Shown: one piece after another, positions 1 through 12,079 of the stretch
Position numbering within the stretch: the first letter of the stretch is position 1
How the letters are laid out: every line of letters begins with the position of its first letter
Position numbers and translations under genes: made by a program
NCBI RefSeq assembly: GCF_947568905.1
Contig: NC_079172.1
Span: 41,044,001 to 41,108,000, forward strand
Source of the DNA: Ostrea edulis
Taxonomy: Eukaryota
Direction of reading: 5' to 3'
Length of the DNA stretch: 64,000 bases
The notes under the pieces: model-generated
What the model was told of the DNA's origin: nothing
What the model saw: the letters and a program-made list of their open reading frames with translations, nothing else
Database searches by the model: none

Positions 1-667
1 TAAATTTTGACAAAAGTTAGGCAGTAATAGTTAAACCATTGTGAACCGTTGGGAAGAAATTAACCCTATTAACATTTTAATACTAATTAAAAACTTAGAT
101 AAAGGAAAACATTTTAATGAATCAAATTAGTGGATCAGTAGATGCAAAAATCCGTGCGACACAAGACTTATACTGACTATACTAAAATACTTGCAAAGTT
201 CATGAAGGGGTACAACTGTACATTTATCTCTGTTTTCTATAATAAAGCATACCCCCCCCCACACACACACACACACACATCTTCGTGCTACTCACAGGCC
301 ACATCCACAAAACAGTGAGATATCATACCATACTAAAAGAAAAAAAACCTTCCAAATTCATGAAGGGGCACAACTGTAGAGTTATCTCTTTTTTCTATAG
401 TAAAACATATTGGGACACCACCCTACCCCCAAACACACCTCTACGAGCTACTTATAGACCCGATCTGACATATCAACTTACCTGTGCTCTTGTGTTTAAA
501 AGACATTCTCTTTTTCCCGATTTCCGTCTCTGCAGCAGAAAAAAGAAAGTACATTTACATTCTTATCTTCACTGGTAAAAGAGTTCCATAAGTGCTCATT
601 AATACACACATTTTGGAGAACTATTTTCGGGTTACCTCAGGTCCTAGTTGAGCATACGTTTTATCCT

Positions 668-800
668 TCTGCTACTGACACACAAGTTGATGGTGCAGGG
701 CTTTCAACAGTCTAGTTTCAACTAGGGGACCGTGTTTGCCTAACTCTCCATTTTGTATTGCTTATAAGAGTTATGATATTGATGACTGTTCGTTATCTTC
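668..800 (+). mobile_element. Penelope-like retroelement 3' fragment
   Basis: CTACTGACA..AAGTTGATGGTGCAGGGCTTTCAACAGTC joined to the family tail GTGTTTGCCTAACT...GTTCGTTATCTTCA. Confidence 0.75.
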
Positions 801-967
801 ATTCAATTCTCGATCCTAACGAAAATCGGTATTAAAATTATTCCTATATTTAATAGATCTTAAATACTTCATGAGACCTAATGTTATTTAAAAAGAAAAT
901 TAATTTCAAAGTCAGTAAAACGTAAAAATATAAACGTTGAATAACTTTCTTTCTATTCCTTTTAAAG

Positions 968-3900
968 TCACAGACTTACCATATTGGGCTTCCGTCCTAG
1001 CAGTCGCCTTGGCAGCCATGTTGTACACATCCATTGTGAGATATTTTTAGATGTTTGTTCTTTCAATTTGATGATTGCTATTTGTTCAAGGGAACGCAAT
1101 ATCCGTCTCCAAATTTCGTAATCTTTATTTGTTGCACCGGTCGTAGAATATTTAGGGTCTTGTTGACATTTGGGGTATTGATTTCAGGGCGGAATAAAAG
1201 CGGTGATTTGGACGGACGTCTTCCAGACCGTGGTAATGATGACGGGGATAGCGGCCATTTTAATTCAGGTAAATATAGACCAGCTTAATGATGACATAGT
1301 TTCATTTGGCAATTTGATAAACAATGGTTTTCAAACCTGTAGAAAACAATTTCAAGAATGAGACAGTTTGATGCTTTTCGTGATGTTTTCCAAATCTTTG
1401 AAAAGTTTATAACTTGTTTAATTGAAATATCATTTTAGGGAACCATCTCTGCTGGAGGTGTAGGAAATGTGTTCAATATCAACAAAGCTACAAAAAGATT
1501 AGATATAATAGAGTATGTGATGGCATTTCAATGCACTCTCATGAGCATATAATTAATGTTTCTAACGCGTGATTTATTTTTTAGTAATTTAGAACTATAT
1601 GTAAAAAAAAATGCAAACACTTTAAAGCTAAATTCATTAAAATAGAATGACAAAGGCTATTCGATGACCATAAGACAATCTTGTTGTTCCATTGATAAAT
1701 GACAGAGAAAAATTTATTATACGAGATAATCAGCAGATGTATTGTGTTGCAGCTTTAACCCCAATCCATTTGTCCGACACACGTTCTGGACATTGTTTAT
1801 TGGGAATTCGATTAAAAAGATTAGTCTTTGCTTCAATCCATCCTCTATACAGCGGATATCCTCAACATCCACGAAGAGCAGGGCCAGAAAGTATGTTAAC
1901 TATAGTAGTACTCAATTCTATGAAAGCCCATTGGGATCAAACTATGGGAAAAATAACCAGAGATGTGTTATAACGCGACAAAAGACGCACGTACGTGAAG
2001 TGAAAAGGTGTTATAAAGCAGAGTGAAAGGTGTTATAACGGAAATAGTACGTAATTACGCAAAAATGCGTTATTACGTCTCTCAAATAGGTGTTATTTCG
2101 CCTTTCAAAATGGTTTTAACGCATATTGAAAGGTGTTATAACGCTAAAAGGCTTAATTGCGAGGGGAAAAGCGTTATTATGCCTGTCGTTTAAAGGAATT
2201 AATACCCCTTTATAAGACGAACGGCGTAATAACGCCTTTTGTAAAGATGTAATAACACTCTTTGAAAAGGCGTAATTACGCTTTTGTTTGCGTTGACATG
2301 CCTTTGAAACTGTATTATTACACCTCTTGATGACGTGACTTTAATTCACATTTGAATATCATGAAAGGATCTGCACGTTGAAGATTGTATTTATATTTCT
2401 AGGATACTTCTGATAGCCGCTCCAGTGTTTTGCATCACCCTCTCTCTGCCATTATTTGAAGGATTTGTTGCTTATGCATACTATTATACGAAACGCTGCG
2501 ACCCCCTCACTTCTGGCCAAATCAAAAACCCCAACCAGGTATGCATATGGGACATAGCAAAATACATATCACATACTCCGGTTTCATTATTCTGCTTTGA
2601 ACACAAATTCTTGCTTTGTTTTTGGAGAGACGAAATGCCTAGGAAAAGTATTAAGACCATAGTCACGGTAGTGTAGTAGTTAGAGCACTCACATCATCAC
2701 TGGGATACCCAGGTACGACTCTCGACCCTGTGCCGGGTCAAACCTAAGACATTTAACACAGGACGTGACGTCGAGTCAAACCAAAGACGAAGACATTTAA
2801 CACAGGAAGTGACGTTCCTTTGCGAATCGCCTAGGAAGAAAAGTGAAAGTTACGGATCTTTCGGATGTCGCTTTATAATGGGACCTGGATGGGTTTGGCA
2901 CGATAAAAAGCCTCCATGGCTACTGCTTTCAGCGCCGTACATAGTCAAGATTTGTGGTGTTTCATCCACTCCTGTGGATGTCTGTATATGAGTGAAACAT
3001 TCTTAGAATGGGATGTAAAGCGACGAGTACTCGTATAACAGAGAAACCAAAGTGTTGTAAATAACTGTTCTCTATGACACTAGTTCATCAAGAAGAGGTA
3101 ATATACAAAGTAATATTATGTAACTATATGGATTAAGTTACCCAAATTGAAATCAATACGTCCAAAGAATAGACCTTGACATTCAGTTTCATAAATGTTT
3201 TTCTTTGGTAGATCATTCCTTATATGGTTCTTGAGATCTTTGAAAATCTCCCCGGAATGCCCGGATTATTCATGGCTTCTTTATTCAGCGCCTCATTAAG
3301 GTGATATCATGTTCAAATATAAAGTTACATGTGAACACATACATGTATTTTATAGCTAAGTTGAATACATTTCATTTTCACTGAATGCCACGAGAGGAAT
3401 ATATACTAATGACATTTCTTTATGAAGTTTTTGGAAAGACAGATCTTTGTTGAACAATAAGTAAACTAGAGAACATGTCTGAAATATCTCGTTTGCAATA
3501 TTAGATATAACATTATTGCCTGATTATCTTGTATTGGGTAATTTATTTGAGATTTTTTTTCCAAAAAGTAGTTCGAAACTTTAGCACATTCTTTTTAGAT
3601 GCAATTTTGTTTAACAAGTGTTTCATTTATATCAATAGAAATTTTCACGCTTTTTATTTTTGGGGAATTTACTACATCCGCCAAATAGTTTACATATCCA
3701 AATACCAAAATTAGTTGACATTTCAAAGAAACGGTCCAAACGTTCTTAAAACAAAAAATGAAAACTGATCAGAATATTTCTTTCAGTACCCTGTCCTCCG
3801 GTTTAAGTAGTTTAGCAGCAATGACCGCTGAGGACATTGTCAAGCAGATCTTTCCTTCCATCCCTGACTACCGAGTTACTATCTTGTCCAAGCTCTCGGG

Positions 3901-6900
3901 TAAATTATAATTGATAGAGACTAATTTATTTCAGATAAAGTAGTAGACATTTCTAGTTAATGTTATCTTACGTGTCTATGTATTGTGGACAGTGAATTGA
4001 AAGATGACGTGCTTGAGGGATGGATGAAAGGGTAATTTTAACAGTGATCACTGTCAGAACTCATATAAAGAATGCAAAATTAAGAGTAGAGCAACCATGG
4101 GCCCTTGGATATGACAGAGGTGGGATAAGGTGCCTAAATACTGTTTTTACACATACCTTCAGTTTGCTATAAGATGAAAATAACCAGAACTCTATATCAA
4201 TGTACTGTGTTATCTTATGGGAAGTACTAGAATTCTGTTTAGAAGGTCTATCTATAACTGCATTGTAATAAAATTATCTAAAACTTTACTTACTTCATGG
4301 TTTGTTTCAGTTTTTCTCAACGGTTCACTTGCTATTGCCGTCTCATTTATGATAGCAGAAATTAAAGGACCCGTAGCTCAGGTATAAAATCTGTATTTAT
4401 TGTTTACATCATATCCCCAATATCGAATACGTAATTAATATTGGTGTTTACATTCTAGATTTCTTGGCTGTGTTAATGGTAGTTACACTATTGTTTATAT
4501 TCTAGATTTCCAATACAATTCTTGGCTGTTTTAATGGTAGTTTGTCCGGAATGTTTTTGTTTGCAGTATTTGTTCCGTGGTCCACGACGAAGGTATTTTT
4601 TCTCAATTTTTCATTTTCAGTACAATTTTAACCCTTTAAAAAATGGTATGTTATTTAAAATTAAGAAACCGCCTGTTTGCCCTGTTTCTTTTCAGTCTAC
4701 ATTATGCGGAGGAATAGCAAGCATTGTAGTTACATTTTGGATTTCAATGGGGAAAAATTTCTCGAAAACACTTCGGCGGGAACCGTGGCTGGAAATGCCA
4801 CCTAATGATAATTGTGTTCACATGGTTGGAAACAGCTCGGTCCCGTTCAATATGTTCAACAATTCAACGTCTACTCAGTCCTTTCTTTCAAACGTATCCA
4901 GCGTGGCCGCCATTCCTACGGAAGACTATATACCGTATGTATTTTTATTACATTTCATCAGTAAAATACTGATATACATCAATTGAATAAAAATTGATAT
5001 TTTCACAGTTGTTATTTTTACACTGTGAAAATGACAAAAGTGTTATTTTTACAGTGTGAAAATAACAACTGGGACTAATTGTAGCAATATGTAACCGCGA
5101 TACACAAGACCACCTTCAATTTATGTTATCTACAAATAATGTTTTATGTTTTTAATTTAAATACCCCAAAATAATTGAAGCTTCAACTGGTGGGGGGGGG
5201 GGGGGTGTTGTTTGATCCGCTTATGAAAGCATACGCCTAAAATGCATTATGTCTGGGGAAATTTACCAAATGACTTCAGATCATATCGATTAACTGTGTG
5301 TGTGCATTTTACTGTGTTGGATTTAATTTGCGACTATGCTTCATACTATGGGAAGTTTTAATGTAGTTTAAAACTTTTACAAAAGCAAATACTGTAAATT
5401 ATATAGCTTTTTCCTGATACATGACTTTTCTTTCTATCCGAGTGACTCAAGAGTCGATCTTGGGCTGTGAAGTAAACATTATGCCTACATATATATAGCC
5501 TACACATACATGTATCTCCACCTTGCGTTCAGTATAGTACACAAGAACCAAGATGGCGATTTCTCGCTTCATCGATATCTTTGCGCGGTGCAAGTGATTT
5601 CTATTTATCAGTGTTTATACAGGGACAGCTAAAAATGCTGAAGAAAAATGTAATAAACAGAAATATCAATGTTTTTAATGTTGTATATATAGAATGTATT
5701 TCACCCGTGAGACAAGATATTTTATGTTTACAATCGTGCTTCGCACTCGTGAAAATATCAACAACAAAGAAAGCGTGTCTCACTCGTGAAATAAATTCTA
5801 TATCCAACAACCAAACCTTGAATATCCTTTATTTATTACATGGGCTGGGTGGAAAATTTAGAAACATCATAATTATTGATCCGTGAAAAACAATCAGCCA
5901 AGATTTAATGGTCCTAAAATTCTACAGATGAACGGAGTTTCTTGCCTCTAGGAAATCTTATGAGTATGTATGTTGATTGACCCGTGGTAAGACTGTAACG
6001 TTAGTACAACTTCATACATGTATGAGTGGTTAGAGCATCGCGCTCAAAATCACACGGCCTCTCACCTCTGTTGGCGCGGTTTCGAATCCCGCTCGCGCCG
6101 GTAAGTGAGAAAGTTTCCCAGTTTACTTTCGGAAGGTCGGTGGTCTCTTCCCAGGCACATTGTATCTGGATTCTCTCTTCTTCCAAAAAACCACTGGTGC
6201 CACCATATAACTGAAAAATTGTTGAGTGTGGTGGAAAACATCAATCAATCAATCAATTAATTATCAATTGTTTTGCCTTTGATATCTGATATTCATTACG
6301 CGTTTCAATTGTAAACAATGCGCGTAGGAATACAGATAACCATAGTATATATGTACGTCAATTTGAACGACCGGGAATTTTGACAGAAATGAAAAAAAAA
6401 AGTAACCTAAGAATTTGATATATATAAGGTTATGAATTCCAACGCTTCATGAAATGTGTTAATGAAATTCATTTTTTAGATATACGTGGCAAATATTGCA
6501 TATATAGTTGCTTCTTTTCAAAGTAAGAGTGGAAAAGTTCTGAAATATTCATTTCTGCTAAAATATTGTTAAAAACTATTTCGGTGAATCTTTTTTTTTC
6601 TGTGTATATAATTTACACAGATTTTGAATCAAGAATGTGTTTTTGTTTCTGTCTCATATTATCATCTGGAACTTATCTTATTTACACAACAATGAGATGC
6701 AATGGTGTATTTTTAAAAAACATTTATCTATTCAGGTATTTTTATATTGTAGAGAAGGACTAGACAAAATATACGCCATCTCCTACATGTGGCTTGCGGC
6801 CATAGCGATTGTTATTTGCCTTGCTGTTGGTCTATTAAGTGCTTTGATTCTAGGTATTATTTGCAAGTCTTAACCAGATTGTTCACAAAAGAAAATATTT

Positions 6901-7992
6901 GTTGAGAGAATGTCAGTTTTGTTACTTAGCATCTCCTTTATTAAGAATTACTTGTAATTTCATTTCAGATAATTCGAATGATCACAAACCGGATGTGCGA
7001 TTTATGTTACCATTTTTTGACGTTTTCATGTCATTCTTACCAAAGTCTTTGAGACAAAAACTCTACGCTGGACTACCGTTTGACAAGGTTAACAACTTAC
7101 TAAAAAGTTCCATAATTGGTCTTCATCGATAAAGTATTACATGTGAATTTACTGATATTGCATCGTGTTTGTAAGATAGTATACACTGTATCAGTTTGCA
7201 CAAAACTATTCACTTTGAATGTCATCTATTTTTAAAAGTTGTAACCTTTGAAAACACAACGTGTCCGCAAAACTGTTGCCTAAAGGGATCCAACTGTAGA
7301 CACACCATTTAATGATTTTTGGGACAAAGTAAAAGTAAAATGTATGTAAAAGTTTTGCGTTTGATATTTACTTATTGGAATGGGTTTTTTGTGTGTGTAT
7401 CAAGAGATTCGACGCATCTAAAGCTTAGAAAGTCCAGCAAAGTAGTTTCCACACTTTGTACAGTGTCAGTAATGTTTTATGTGTTGACAAGGTTCCACAG
7501 AATCTCGGTGTCTACATGATACCATGATACGGAACAAATCAAACTAACGTAAATTTCACCATAAGGTTGAGATATGTCTTTGACATATAATTAGAAAAGT
7601 TAATTTGATAATTCCCTTCAATCAATTAGAAGTAGATCTCTCGTTTTAAAAGTGTTTAATATTCTCAAACAAAATGGTCGCTTACTGTATAAGTTAGTCA
7701 TGATGATTTTGTGTGATGGAGGTTATTGTTTGCATGATTTAATTTTTCTTGAATGAAAACCACAAAATGACATTGAAAATACAGTGCTGTAAGTAGTTTT
7801 CTATTTCAGCGGGAGGAACTGCTGAAAGATTATACACAACAACATTTCGTATTTACGAATATGGAGAAAAACATCGATACAAACGACAAAGACTGTCTCT
7901 CACCCCTGACCAATAATGCGGATGTGATGTCAGATGTTGATGAAACAAATGAAGAAGTGCAATTGGAACACTTTCTGCAGAAGAAGGCATAG
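968..7992 (+). CDS. SLC5-family sodium:solute symporter (SMCT/SMVT-like), copy A, 5'-partial (exons 4-16; exons 1-3 not in window)
   Basis: AG/GT-bounded, phase-consistent exons: 968-1035, 1188-1268, 1439-1512, 1753-1890, 2403-2538, 3212-3300, 3787-3899, 4311-4381, 4506-4592, 4696-4934, 6753-6853, 6969-7087, 7810-7992 (TAG). The spliced translation has SLC5 motifs LYTSIGGIKAVIWTDVFQ, FNPNPFVRHTFW, PGLFMASLFSASLSTLSSGLSSLAA and ISYMWL. Exact orthologue cannot be assigned by eye. Confidence 0.92.
1965..2330. repeat. Degenerate array of self-complementary ~22-nt units (AAAAGGCGTTATAACGCCTTTT-like), copy A intron 7
   Basis: Units such as GGCGTAATAACGCCTTTT, AAAAGGCGTAATTACGCTTTT and AAAGGTGTTATAACG recur. 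Confidence 0.65.
2662..3040 (+). mobile_element. Degenerate tRNA-derived SINE with one extra internal 44-bp unit
   Basis: Head GTCACGGTAGTGTAGTAGTTAGAGCACTC, central TTGGCACGATAAAAAGCCTCC; GTGACG recurs at 2765 and 2809. Confidence 0.6.
5006..5071. repeat. Short hairpin (~27-bp arms), also at ~36443-36505
   Basis: CAGTTGTTATTTTTACACTGTGAAAAT ... ATTTTTACAGTGTGAAAATAACAACTG. Confidence 0.7.
5687..5803. mobile_element. Palindromic hairpin MITE
   Basis: ATATAGAATGTATTTCACCCGTGAGACA ... TGTCTCACTCGTGAAATAAATTCTATAT with an internal GTGC-TTC-GCAC mini-stem. Mostly deleted in copy B. Confidence 0.6.
5985..6258 (+). mobile_element. tRNA-derived SINE (copy A only)
   Basis: A-box-like AGTGGTTAGAGC, B-box GTTTCGAATCCC, (TCAA)n tail. 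Absent from the paralogous intron of copy B. Confidence 0.75.
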
Positions 7993-8029
7993 AACTATCA
8001 AATTGACATGCCTGGGTTTTTCATGTTAA

Positions 8030-8512
8030 AGGGACTGATTCACGATTTTCCCCAAAATTATCTGTTTTACTTTTAATGATCAAAATCTATTGTCTAATGT
8101 GTTTAAAAGATTTAACATAAAAATGATGGTTATAAATTATCAAAGAAGCTCATTCTAAAGAGTTTATTACTTGTTTTGTAAACAAAGATTGTGATATGTT
8201 ATTGTTTACAAAAGTTTCAAAAGAAATTCATATCGATCTAAGTTTATCATAACTTTCACATTTCAACCATTTTTGAGGTAAAATATGTCATCTAAAAGTT
8301 AAAATTTGTGACTATGCAAAATTAAGATGTTTTATATTATAAAATCAATAAAAGACTCGAGTCTTTGTTTACATAGCACGGATTTAAGTTTAAAATATTG
8401 CTTTTAAACTTGCATTTAGAAGGTCAAAATTTTGGCTGTCAACATTAAATGGGTGATATTTTTAATGTTTAACATAAAAAATGAAAAATAGTTTTATCAA
8501 AAATCGTGAACC
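8030..8512. mobile_element. Kolobok-like TTAA MITE 1, just downstream of the SLC5 stop (right end clipped by a 9-nt deletion)
   Basis: TTAA|AGGGACTGATTCACGATTTT ... AAAATCGTGAACCA; the intact right end is visible in the paralog. Confidence 0.7.
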
Positions 8513-9487
8513 AAAGGGAAAGGCAACCCAATTTTTTTTACAGGATAAATGATAGGATTAATTATATGATAAAGATTTGCCACACTATTCTGTTGATATA
8601 CGGCCTAGATAAGCTTCGGAACTAATTTGAAAGCGTTAAAAATTTAAATTCCCGCTATCTATAGAGGCTGCCATGATGTTGAACTCTTTTGTATTCAAGA
8701 CCACAAGAATCAATAAGTTTGACGTCACACCGTTTATTCGGGTACCTGTAAAGTGCAAAACGCAATGGAAACGAAATCGAAACGAAACGAAATCTACCGA
8801 AACGAAACGAAATATACCGAAACGAAACGAAACCCACCGAAACGAAACGAAACCTACCTAAACGAAATGAAACAGATTGTATAACCGAACTCTTTAATCA
8901 TAATAATTAAAAATGGCATCTTAGGCTCCTATGAAAGTTACCACATATCAATAAAATTTGCCTCTCCTTTGATGTAGGATTTCGGCTTGACTGATACAAA
9001 GTTTTAAAAGTTGGAAAGGTGGGGGTGAGTAAGCACAAAGTACATATCCGAAGTTGATTAAATACCATGTGCAATTAGTTTCGGATCCATAAATTTCAAA
9101 ACGGAGGGTTACAGTCTCACAGGTCAGAGGTTTGGGGAAAAACACTAAACGAGGAGTGGGGTCGCCGACGTTGGATCCGCCTTTGGGCATAAATACATGT
9201 TTCAGTATTTTTTGCTCTAAAGATAAATCTATGTATATATGTGGATATTGTGTATTTGTATGTAGTATATCAAACGGTGGATTCTGAGTATGTCCTCCTG
9301 TTCTCTTTGTAATTTCTGCTTCCCATGTTCATAAGCCTTTTGATTTTACAAAATGCTGACCTTTTCCTGAGATTATTGCATAAAAAAAATCCTTTTTCCG
9401 TCCCGTTTTCAATTCCCCGTCTTAGCAACACCCCAAATGTATAGAGTTATCTTTAGACTCACTACATATCAATAATAATTTTTTATA

Positions 9488-9494
<7 letters not shown>

Positions 9495-9545
<51 letters not shown>
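9495..9545. repeat. (TA)n microsatellite
   Basis: Pure TA run. Confidence 0.95.
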
Positions 9546-9548
<3 letters not shown>

Positions 9549-9596
9549 CGAATTGCATTCATATAGTATGGTATACTATTCAATGTTTCCATTATT

Positions 9597-10555
9597 AATA
9601 ATAATAATAATGTGCGGCACTTATATGGCGCATTATATAATTTGTAATTACTCTAAGCGCTTTAACAATGTAAAATGTAAAACATGATAAGATTAATCAG
9701 AGCATAAAATATAACATCCAAATAAAATAAAACAATTTAAACATTACGAGTTCATGTGACAAACCAGCCTTTACTTTAAAAAAGAATATACATGTATTAC
9801 AAAATATGGTTATAAGATTTCCTAAAAAGATTTGCTTTGAGGCATGTCTTAAAACTTTTGACAGTGCCACACGAATGGATGTCTATCGGTAAACTGTTCC
9901 ATAGTGTGGCATCTGTTACATCAAACCTTCGATCTCCATATGTCTTTATACGAACACGGGATTTTTCTAGCAATCGTGAATTGCATGAACGCAGAGATCG
10001 TTTTGGTTCGTACACAGTGATGAGGTCGCTGATATAGGCCGGTGCCAATCCGTTTAGTGCCTTGTATGTGTGTAGTAAAATCTTGTATTCAACACGGGAA
10101 TCAACTGGAAGCCAGTGCAAGGACACAAGCACCGGTGATATATGGCCATGCTTCCTGACCCGGGCAACAAGTCGAGCTGCTGAGTTTTGGATTATCTGTA
10201 GCCTGCTCAGATCTGTTTGGGGTAGCCCTTTAAATAGTGCATTTCCATAGTCTAAGCATGATAACACAAGAGAACATACAAGTGTCTTGCAGGCGTCATC
10301 ATTGATGAAAGAACGAATCCGTGCAATATTCAGTAGATGATAATAGCAAGAACGAGAGATGGAACTAAGATGATTTTTAAAAGAAAGTACATGTACACTG
10401 TCGAAGAAAACACCAAGGTTTCGAACTCAGTCCGAGTTGGAAACAATGATATTTCCAAAAGACACTTGAAAGTACTCTCACCTCAGCAGCTAGAGATACA
10501 ATAAGAAGTTAAGAGCTCTTCCTGATTTCAACTTTCTCAGACACCATTTTCTTCA
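9597..10555 (-). mobile_element. 5'-truncated L2/CR1-clade LINE (RT C-terminal region)
   Basis: ORF 9797-10267 LDYGNALFKGLP...LQIIQNSAARLV...HISPVLVSLHWLPV..RVEYKILL..YKALNGLAPAYISDLI. Upstream decayed RNLGVFFD..LSFKNH. (ATT)n tail near 9600. Confidence 0.88.
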
Positions 10556-12079
10556 AACAATGTATTTATGCCCAAAAGCGGATCCAACAACGGCGACCCC
10601 ACCCTTTGTTTAGTGTGTTTCCCCAGACCTCTGAGACTGTAACCCTTTGTTCTGAAACTTATGGATCCGAAACTAATTGCACATGGTATTTAATCAACTT
10701 CAGATATGTACTTTGTGCTTACTCATCCCCTTTTAACTTTTAAAACTTTGTACTAGTCAAGTCGAAAACCTACATCAAAGGGGAGGCGAATTTTATTGAT
10801 ATGTGGTAACTTTTACAGGGGCCTAAGATACCATTTTGAAATATCATAATTAAAAGAGATCGGTTATACAATCTGTCTCGTTTCGTTTCGGTAGATTTCG
10901 TTTTGATGGGGTTCGTTTCGTTTCGGTAGATTTCGCTTCGTTTCGGCGGATTTCGTTTCGCACTTTACAGGTACCCCCGTCTATTCCGGTTTTGATGAGA
11001 TTCTAAAGTTATCAAAGATGTGCATGTGGTAGATTTTACGAAGACATTGTAAATAGGTTGATGCCTTCTTGTCAAGCGGTTGATTATGCTAGTGCGAAGG
11101 GGGTTGTGAAAAAAAGTGTTGTTGTCTTTTTTAAATGCTGACCCAACCAAGTCATCTGGAAAGAAAATACTATGTAAACTGTGGATCCATCATTTGCGTA
11201 ATGACAAATTGAGGTTCGAGACATTTGTATGAAGAAACATGTACCGTCTACCTGGTCTGCGACTCGACTGAACGTCTTCTTTTCTTAATGTCTTCTTGCG
11301 AAAGAACGGGCTCAAATTTATACGGCTCCAAACTTAACTGTTCGTGACTTGTCATGTTTACAGTGCTGCTAATGAAATAAACCGGAACTGACGGTGTAAC
11401 GTCATCAAAGAAACTTCAGTTGCCGTTCTCTTAACGGTGGGTAATTTAATATATATGATAGATTAATATTGATTTAATTGTTAAGCAAGGATTTTTGTTG
11501 TTAAAGACTGTCATTTACGATATCAGGAAGTGATACTTTATTCATAAAAGCAACAACATGGTTAAAGTTGTCTTTCCCTTTAATACGGGAATTAATAACG
11601 CTTTGTAGGAAATGTGCTTTCCATTTATACGGGTATAAAACAAACTGAGAAATCTGATCAGTACAAAGCGAAAACATGCGTATAGATAGAAAACAGCCAT
11701 TTATTTTGTTGCTGTTTATAATATTGTATAGATGTTTGTAGTTAATCTTAAAACAAATTTCTTTTTATTTTAGATGGTTTGAATTTTAAGATATTTTGGA
11801 AGATGATTCTCCGTGCCTTTGGACATGATGATAAACCCATAAACATTGATTGCGCCCAACACAAAAGGGCCCTTATGGCAATTTTTACCCATTTTCAATT
11901 TCTAGCTGATTCAGATAGATAATAGGTCAAAATATGAAATTTTATGACTCTCGTCCTCCAACTGTAAAATGATTTCTTCTTCTTCTGTGGTTTAAGTACT
12001 ATGTGCATGCAATTTTACAACGCTGCGTAAAACGAAATCTTTGTGACGTTATTTGTCTGTTCTACTCTTGATTCTGATG

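Larger units (their letters stand above)
8740..10976. mobile_element. Long-TIR (foldback/MULE-like) non-autonomous DNA transposon
   Basis: Arms 8740-9198 and 10560-10976 are inverted copies starting GGGTACCTGTAAAGTGC and containing (GAAAC)n-type subrepeats. 10-bp TSD CCGTTTATTC/CCGTCTATTC; single empty site at 40252-40261. Confidence 0.85.
8515..11579. mobile_element. Kolobok-like TTAA element 2 (contains nested 8740-10976)
   Basis: AGGGAAAGGCAACC ... AAGTTGTCTTTCCCT|TTAA; internal THAP-like relic KILCKLWIHHLRNDKLRFETF. Confidence 0.65.

Noticed and set aside
4522-4986. Stand-alone 154-aa ORF (and 36083-36421)
   Set aside because: It is SLC5 exon 13 read through flanking intron sequence.
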